From assembly GCF_018977255.1 (NCBI RefSeq), contig NW_024704771.1, forward strand, positions 930,001-994,000: a stretch of 64,000 nt of DNA. Direction: 5' to 3'. The notes under the pieces are model-generated. The model saw only the letters and a list, made by a program, of their open reading frames with translations. It was not told where the DNA came from and did no database searches. Origin of the DNA: Callorhinchus milii (taxonomy: Eukaryota). Below, piece after piece: positions 50,501-59,500 of this stretch. A program made the position numbers and the translations under genes. Each line of letters opens with the position of its first letter. The stretch's first letter is position 1.

Positions 50501-53500
50501 GGAATTCCATCAGTGATGATGTCCCATAAGTGAATCAATCAATGACGACTGACTTCAACATTCAAACCGTCTTCACTCAATGGCTTTCAGTCTCGTGAGA
50601 AACTTTACATTGTTTATTAATATTTGTTTCTTTCTTTAGACCTAAAATACATGAAAAAAACACTGGGTAAGTTTTAATCTCCTGGAGCGTGAAATAAGTT
50701 TCCTTCTCATCGCGCCTCCCCTTGTTTTAACCGGATGATTCTGGGAAGGGTCAGTGGGAAAGGGGGTTAGTGAGAACTTTGGATAATGATAAGCTGTGAG
50801 GTTTCAGCAGGAAAAACATGAGCAATTCCCCTCAATCCATCCTCTGTGGACCACAAGCCTTGCTTCTGGACAACCCATGTCTAAACATTAGTAAACCCGG
50901 GAGCATGGCGCTGGGGAGAGGGTTCATTCTGTATCAGACAGACACGGAAACTCTACACACAGTTTGTGGAACTCCGAATAGTTTGGTTTGGAGACTCTTA
51001 ACCCCAGTGATGGGTTTGTGTGTGTGTCAGACTCTGACCAAAACTAAGTCCATGTGTTTTTTTTAATTGGTGAAAACAAACTCTGATTGGGATTTGGTGA
51101 GATCCTGAAGCCTCAGTGGTGAAGGGTTGTTTATCAGCTGAATCACAAGACTGTGAATAGGTTCAGTGTGTAACAGTGGGGGGTGATTTGTGGAAATAAA
51201 CAATCAATAAATATATTGTTTCCTTTCAGAACTGAAAAAACAATTCACCAAATCAGGTACTTGATGACTTTATCCTCATTTACTGTTGTTGATGTTATTG
51301 ATGTAGAATTGTGCTGCTTCTCAAAGGATCAATTATTATCACCTCTGATAAAGATAATAAATTAAATGTAAGAAATACGATTATATTAAGATTATAAGCA
51401 AAGTTTGACGTGAACTTTCAATGTACAGTTCAGTCATCTCACATCTACAAATGTGATCAGTTTGTCAGACTCTGTAACCTGGAGAGATCTGAACCCAGAT
51501 ATTGAGTTACACCGATAGATTACAGTAGAACAGAAGAAATGCTGGAGGAAAAAAGCCCAATATCCATCCAGTTTGCCTTCCACCTTCCTGGCAGTCGCAC
51601 GCATATCCCATAATGTTATTTCCTAAAAGAACATTTCTAATCTGTGTTTGAAAGAATCTACTCAATAATAATCCTTGCATTTGATATAGTGCTTTTCACA
51701 TCTTCTAGACGTTTCAAAGCGCTTCACACAATGTACAGTAAAGTGAATTTACTGTATATTTGTGAGCGAAAGGCACAGCAGCGTCCCACAAACAGTCAAG
51801 GATTGAAGTGACCAATTTATTATTATTTTCCTTTCTGGAGGGATTATTATCAGGTGTGTGGAGTAAGGAAACTTGCCCATGGTTTTTCCCTGTGGGAATT
51901 GAACCCAGGTTTCTCGCTTGCAAGGGGAGTGCTCCAACCACTGAGCTACAGGACTCCACAGGATCATTGGTGAGATCATACTCTTAATACAGTCTCACCA
52001 ATGACTTACAAAGTGACCCGATAACCCCACTATTTCCACTTTCTATTGATCTTTTGATACATCCCAACAATAGATTGTCAGGAATAACATATATTGAAGT
52101 TTACAAAAGATGAAATTATAAGCAAAATCTTATTAAATTAAAACTTCTGTTTCTCTCCAGAGTGGCAGGTCGTTGGCAGTTGTAAATGTAAGTTACCCCA
52201 CATTGCAGTCTGGTTATACACCCCACATTACAGGCTGGTTATAGACCCCACATTACAGGCTGGTTATAGACCGCACATTACAGGCTGGTTATAGACCCCA
52301 CATTACAGGCTGGTTATAGACCCCACATTACAGGCTGGTTATAGACCCCACATTACAGGCTGGTTATAGACCCCACATTACAGGCTGGTTATACACCCCA
52401 CATTACAGGCTGGTTATACACCCCACATTACAGGCTGGTTATACACCCCACATTACAGGCTGGTTATACACCCCACATTACAGGCTGGTTATAGACCCCA
52501 CATTACAGGCTGGTTATAGACCCCACATTACAGGCTGGTTATAGACCCCACATTACAGGCTGGTTATAGAGACCCCACATTACAGGCTGGTTATAGAGAT
52601 CCTACATTACAGGCTGGTTATAGAGACCCCACATTACAGGCTGGTTATAGAGATCCTACATTACAGGCTGGTTATACACCCCACATTGTCAGTGTGCGGA
52701 GAAAGTTGCTCTAATTGACGATGTGTAGAAATTATCAGCAAAATGCAGGTTTATCAAGTGATTAACAAAATATCGCTCATAACCTAATTTTCAGTCTAAT
52801 TTCCAGTTGTGTAAAGTGCACACATCACACTGTAGATGTGCATCCCAAAAAATACCGTATGTGTGACAGGACGGGTGGGTGTAGCAGAGACTGTTGTGTC
52901 AAGTGGACTCACCGTTGCGAGTTGTGTTAGTGACGCCCTGATAATGAGCTCCTGAGCCCAGCTGATAAACTTGTGTTTTCTCTCAGGCTGCAAGGATCTT
53001 CTTGTGGGGTTTGGTAAGAGACTTGATTGAATACAATGCTTCATCACTTCGTTGAGACGTCTCAAAGCGCTTCACAGAATATACTGCAAGGAGAATTGAC
53101 TATATTTTCTGGGCACATCGCAACTGCTAATTACACACAGACAGCAGTGTCCCACAAACAGTCATGGATAAATCACCAAATTACTATTTTTGGGGAAGAA
53201 ATTATTACCCCCAGAAAGGGATCCACTAATCGACTAACGATTGGGTTCCTACTTCCTGCGAGGTAAACAGAGGCAGGTGGAGTAAGGAAACTTGCCCAAC
53301 GTTTCACCCTACCAGGAATCAAACCCAGTTCCTCTCTTTCTTCCAAGGCGAGTGCTCTAACCACTGAGCTACAGGACTCTGGAATATTAATGCAATAAAG
53401 AAAATGATTGTGTAATGACGCATAAACACAACTGTATAAAACAATCTCAATTGAACAAATTGATTCTAACTAAATTTTCTTTCATTTCCAGTCAAGGCCA

Positions 53501-56500
53501 GAATCCACAGTTATGCAGGTAAGACATTAATATAGTATAAATGACACAATTCAGAACTGCTCAGATCCCACCCCAGATTTAGCACAAAGATGTACAGACA
53601 GAAGGTCCCAGCCTGGTCTGTGCTGAGGTATCTGATCTCAGTCGGGGAGGGAGGGGCTCTACACATGGCCTCAGGGCCCGGATATGGATAGACAATAAGC
53701 CAAAGTCACTGTGCCTCATCACATTCAGGGATTCCTCCCCCACTCCCATCCCAGGCTTTCTGTAAATACCGGGTGAGGAGAGGATCAGGCTGTGAGGCCC
53801 TCAATGGTTGAATAGCCAACCAACACTGGCTGTCTAGACTCTCACATGAACAAGTCACTTGAGAGAGCTACAGACTAGAACCAGACACAGTGAGTGTGAG
53901 CACTGAGCCCGACTCCTGCTCATCGCCCTCTGCACGGTCACTAAAGCTGTGATGCCATGTTGAGGTTGTAGAGATGCCAGTCCAATCCTGTGCCTCAGGC
54001 GCTGGGCACAACAGCTGTTAGTGTGTGGCTGGAGAATGGTATGTGACTGTACCTGGGGAAGGTACTGATAGACCAAGTGCTACATACACTGGTATTGTAT
54101 TTACTACATTACTTGGTGTCATCCACACTGTCATCTGTCGTAAAATACTGACTTTATATTGTGTGAAGGAATCTGATTACTGACCAATAGCAGTCAGTTG
54201 TCATGACTGGACGCTCCTGTGATGTTCTCGTTTGAGTTCCTCTTGACTCAGGACATCAGTGTGTTTCAACTAACGATGACCACATTATGGTGACATGGTG
54301 TTTGCCCACAGCAAACTCTGATCTTGTTGTCTGATCAGCAGCCCATATATTTATATATAACTGACCCCCCCTCCCCCCGATCAATCAACCTGTCCACTCA
54401 GTTTCAAGATCTAAATTAGTCCACATCGCTTCTCCCAGAGGGACACCGCACCCAAATCACACCCAGACCTCATCTACGCCATACACAGATCAAACCCAGA
54501 CCTCACCTACACCAAATCTATACCACCCAAACCACAACTACACCACACCCAGACCTCATACAGACCACACAGGGCACACAGCTGTTGGATAATTTTCCGT
54601 TTCTACCTTCTTTGTATACTTCTGCAATTGGATGTTAGTTCATTCAAGCAATAAACACAGTCACACAGTTCAATCACTAAGAGTACATTTATTCAAATAA
54701 CTCAGGACCAGTCAGTTCAGTCTGGTACAGAGTTAGGGTCGTAGCTTCACCAAGCTGACGACCCCGTTGTAGGATTTAACAATGGCATTTATACAAGTAT
54801 GGGGAGGATCCTTCTCCTCCAATCGTTAGATTTGGTCATAGGTGACAATGTGGTCGAGACATAGGATGTGTATTGGGCAACTATCCATTGTCTCATACTC
54901 CAAGGCTGCGGTTAGTCTGCGCATATATCTGTTGATTCAGGTTTACTTCCTTCATGGAACCAGTCTGCGCATACATCTGTTGATTCGGGCTTACTTCCTT
55001 CATGGAATCAGTCGTAACTGGTTCCATGCAGTTGAGCTGCACGTTTCTAAGATCAGATAACACAGTCTGCCAAGCTTCTCATTGCAGGGTTTACTAAAGG
55101 TTATAATTTGTGCCTTTTTATCCATCATTCCCTCCTTTTATAATCTTTATTAACATTGCCATGTGCCGGTACAGTCCCCAATTTATTTTCTCGGATGCCT
55201 CTTGTTGCCTTGTGACAATTTAAAGATGCATCGTCATAGATGGGATCAATTGTACCTTGCTTTCATGGGTCAGAATAATAATCCTTCATATCATCATCGT
55301 CTGACAGATTATCGTCTGACACCACCTCCATCGTAAGTGATGGTGTTACCCCCACACACTTAGTGACGCACACTTTAATAAGGTGAATAAGGACACAAAT
55401 CCCCAGTAATAATACCAGTAACACAACCCCTGCTTTAAGAACCCAGGCTCTCCATCCTTCAAATAAGGACGCCCACCAATTAGATATTCCACTTGGTTCC
55501 TGTAAGCTTTTTCTGACATGTCTGGGACACCAACCCATCCTAGAGATATCCTGTAACTGCATGTGCTATTTCCCACCTCTGTTCCCTTCCCCTCCTTAAT
55601 AAAGCAAATCTGGCCTGGTATATTGCTCACCTTAAACCCTGGCGATATCTTATCATGGTCAAACCTTCGCACATACCTTGTACTGTTCTGTTTTTCACAT
55701 GATAGTGTCTCATTTCCCCAGAGCCCACTTATGTTGAAAGTGACTCCTGCTTGGAGTCCTAACACAGTTTCTGCTTTTGTCAGCGGAATCGCATAGAGGA
55801 GAAAACCAGTCTGTGAACTATGGGGTATTTGGGTGCACACCCAACACCCTGTCACATTTGACGCCTTTACTGCCTTATGTGCAGCTAAGAGATATGTATT
55901 CCTCCCCAGACGTGTTACCAGTCCAAACCATAGTCCAAAACTGAGAATCCGTAGCCATGCCATCTTGCTAGTTGCTCCTTACAGTGGTGATGTCTTCTTG
56001 CAGTGGCTAACGTGGACCCAGGTGTTTCGTTCTGCAATCCGTACTGCTGTTGGTGTGGTTAGTAGCACCTGATATGGTCCTGTCCACTTTGGTTGATGCC
56101 AATGCTTCCTTTTGATGTCTTTAATCAGTGTCCAATCTCCTGGCTGCAGTGGGCATGGCTCGGTGTTCTCATTCAGTTCCTGGGGAGGTAATACATTTCT
56201 CATAGTCATTTTATTCTGAAACATTTTTTTCATGTATCCTGCAAGTCCGGCCTCCTCCAATTCTGTACGTTCTCCCAGCTGAGGCATATAATATGCTCTA
56301 CCCATAACAATTTCATACGGGGAGAGTTTTTTGCTCCCAGGTGTAATTCTCATACTTGTCAGTGCTAACGGTAGACATGCCACCCAACCCTTCCCTGTGG
56401 TTTCCATGGCTTTCTTCAGCTTATTTTTAAGTGTCCCGTTATGTCTTTCTACCATTCCTGCAGACTCTGGATGGTAGGCACAGTGGTTCTTTAAGGTTAT

Positions 56501-59500
56501 CCCCAAGTGGATCCCCACATTTCTTAGGACCTCATTCTTAAATTCCGGCCCATTATCACTGTATAATATTCGCGGGATACCCCATCTTGGTATTATTTCT
56601 CTGCATAATATCTTTGCCACTGTTACTGCATCCACATGGGTGGTGGGGAAAGCTTCTACCCAACCCGAGAAAGGACATACCATTACTAGGCAATATTTCT
56701 TTCCTTCGCATACGTTCAGATGGATGAAATCCATCATCCAATGAGAGAAGGGTTCTTTTGCCAATGGAATCTTGCCTTGTTTACATTTTAGTTGTCCTTG
56801 TGGGTTATTGCGTAAACATGTTATACATTGTTGACAAAATTTTTGTAAATAAGTGGTTAGTCCGAATGTCGTATATTGTTGGTCTATCATTGTCCTCATC
56901 CCTCCTTTTGAGACATGGCATTTGCCATGGCTCAATCCTGCTGCAATGGGAAACAATGATCGTGGTAAAACTGGCAGTCCAGTGTTTCCAACCCATATGC
57001 CGAATGTGTTTAGTTTGCATCCCATGTTTTTCCATCCTCGCTTCTCAAGGGTGCCTGCCTCTGATTGCATTGCTTTAATCAATGCCATGTCAATCGAGGG
57101 TGGTGTTTGTGACACTAATACTTCTGCGAGGGGCACTGCCTGGGCAGTTTTATCTGCAAAGGCATTTCCCTTTGACACCAGGTCCTTCGCAGAAGTGTGG
57201 GCAACACACTTAAGTATCGCTAATTGTTTTGGGAGTTGTAATGCATCAATTAGGTTCAATATTAAATCAGCATGGCAAATTGGTTTCCCTGTGGAGGTAA
57301 CCATACCCCGATTTCGCCACTGTCCAGCAAATATGTGGCAAGTGGAATGGGCATATTGTGAGTCTGTATAGATATTAACAACTTTTCCCTTCCCCAGTAC
57401 GCAAGCTCGGGTAAGCGCCACAAGTTCAGCCATTTGTGCCGAATATCCTGCTGGGAGTCTGGCTGCTTCTATTACTGTGTCCTGAGTGCATACAGCGTAA
57501 CTGCTTTGGGAACGGCCCCCCGTATCCTTTTTGCATGAACCGTCCACAAAGTATGTCACATCTGCATTCTCAAACCTTGTATCCGCCAAATCCACTCGCG
57601 CCGCCACTGACTGTGAGGTTTCTTCCAAACAGTCATGCGGGCTACCCTCGGAGGGTACCGGCAGCAAGGTTGCCGGATTCAATACTGTACATCGTTCAAT
57701 GGTTACATTTGGGCAGGTTAGCAATGTGGCCATACAGGACAGCTGGCGTGCTGGCGATAGGAAAGCGTGTTTAGTTTGGAGCAATAATACCGAGACTGCA
57801 TGCGGCACCAACAACTTCAATGGTTGGTATAGGACCAGGGGCAATGATGCGCGAACAGCCAGGGCTGCTGCTTCCACTGCTTGTAAGCAGCAAGGAAGGC
57901 CTCGAGCCACCGGATCCAGTCGGTGTGAGTAGTAAGCCACGGGCCTCATCCGTGTTCCAAATGGTTGTAATAGGACAGATGCCATAAACCCATTTTTAAC
58001 GCAAACAGTTTGAGTATATGGCCTTGCAGGGTCAGGATGCGCCAGGGTCTCTGCCCCAGATAAAATGGTTTTTATAATTTCAAATGCCTTTATAGCCTCT
58101 GGATTCCATTCAATTGCATCCTGTGCCTTCATAGGGGCATCATAAATCAGCCCTAACAAGGGCTGAGTTAGCTCCGCATATGAAGAGATCCATGCACGGC
58201 AGAAGTTAGTCATTCCTAAAAATGACATCATCTGTTGTTTAGTTTCGGGTCGCGGAGCTTGCATTATTGCAAGCTTTCTGTCTTTTAATAAGGATTTTCC
58301 TTCCCTAGAAATTGCATGGCCCAGATATTTGACCTCGGGTAAACAATATTGCAACTTTTTTCGGCTCACTTTATGTCCCCATTCTCCCAAAAATTTTAAG
58401 CAGGCCAGAGAATCTTGGCGGCAAATTTCGTTGGATGGGGAACATATAAGTATGTCATCTACATACAACAAAACTTGACTGCCACCCGGGGGCTCAAATT
58501 TTGCCAGATTACTTTCCATACATTGTGAGAATATGGCCGGGGATTCAACAAATCCCTGTGGACATCTGGTGTACGTATATTTCCTTCCCAAAAATGTGAA
58601 GGCAAACCAAAATTGGGAGGCCTTGTCAACCGGAATAGAAAAAAACGCATTTGCTAAATCAATTACTGTAAACCAAGCTGTATCAGGTCGCAAATTGTTC
58701 AGCAAGGTATTGGGGTCGGGTACAACTGGGGTCCGGGGAATCACTGCCTTATTTACAGCCTGTAAATCCTGAACCAATCGCCACCCTTGTGATGGCGCTA
58801 CCTTTTTTACTGGGAACAGGGGGGTGTTACATGGAGAGTCAGGGCAATCCACTATGATGCCCTTCTCCTTAAGTTCCTTAATTATGGGTTCAATTCCTTC
58901 AATGGCCTCTGGTTTCATAGGATACTGCCGTTGGTATGGGCGGTGTGTTCCTTTTGGTATGATTTTAATAGGTTCAATCCCTTTTATTAGTCCTACGTCA
59001 GCTGATCCTTTGGACCATAGAGCATCAGGCAGAGCATTCAACTCCGCCTCCTGTTCTATTTCCACTCCTAACAGTCAGGGAACCATCTTCCCTGAGTGCA
59101 TCTTCCTAACTCTTTCACATTGATACACCCAATTCAAACATTGTGAGTAGAGACCTGTCCTCGGGGAATACCATATCCCTGCATCCTGAGTCTCTTCCCA
59201 ATCCTGTGCTTTTATCCCACAATCTACCAGGTTACCCACTTGTTGCCATGACTTTTTGCATCTCTTTGCAATTGATACATGGGGGTTCCCTTCTCCCTGG
59301 TATAGCTGATCATCTAACGGTTGGAGTAAAACTTTCCCTCCCATATCAGTTGCATTCCAATATATACATTGAATCGTTAATCGTGTGGAACTTCCCAATT
59401 TGAAATGTCTCTCATATGGCAACGAACTTCCCCCTTTTTCACGGTACCACATGGTACAGTGCAGATCCTCAGGCAGGTGGAAGTCACTTTGTTCCATGAC

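Noticed and set aside
54842-55060. 72-aa LTR ORF (repeated at 61855-62073) as an accessory or superantigen gene
   Set aside because: Short, antisense to the virus, starts at GTG, no recognisable motif.
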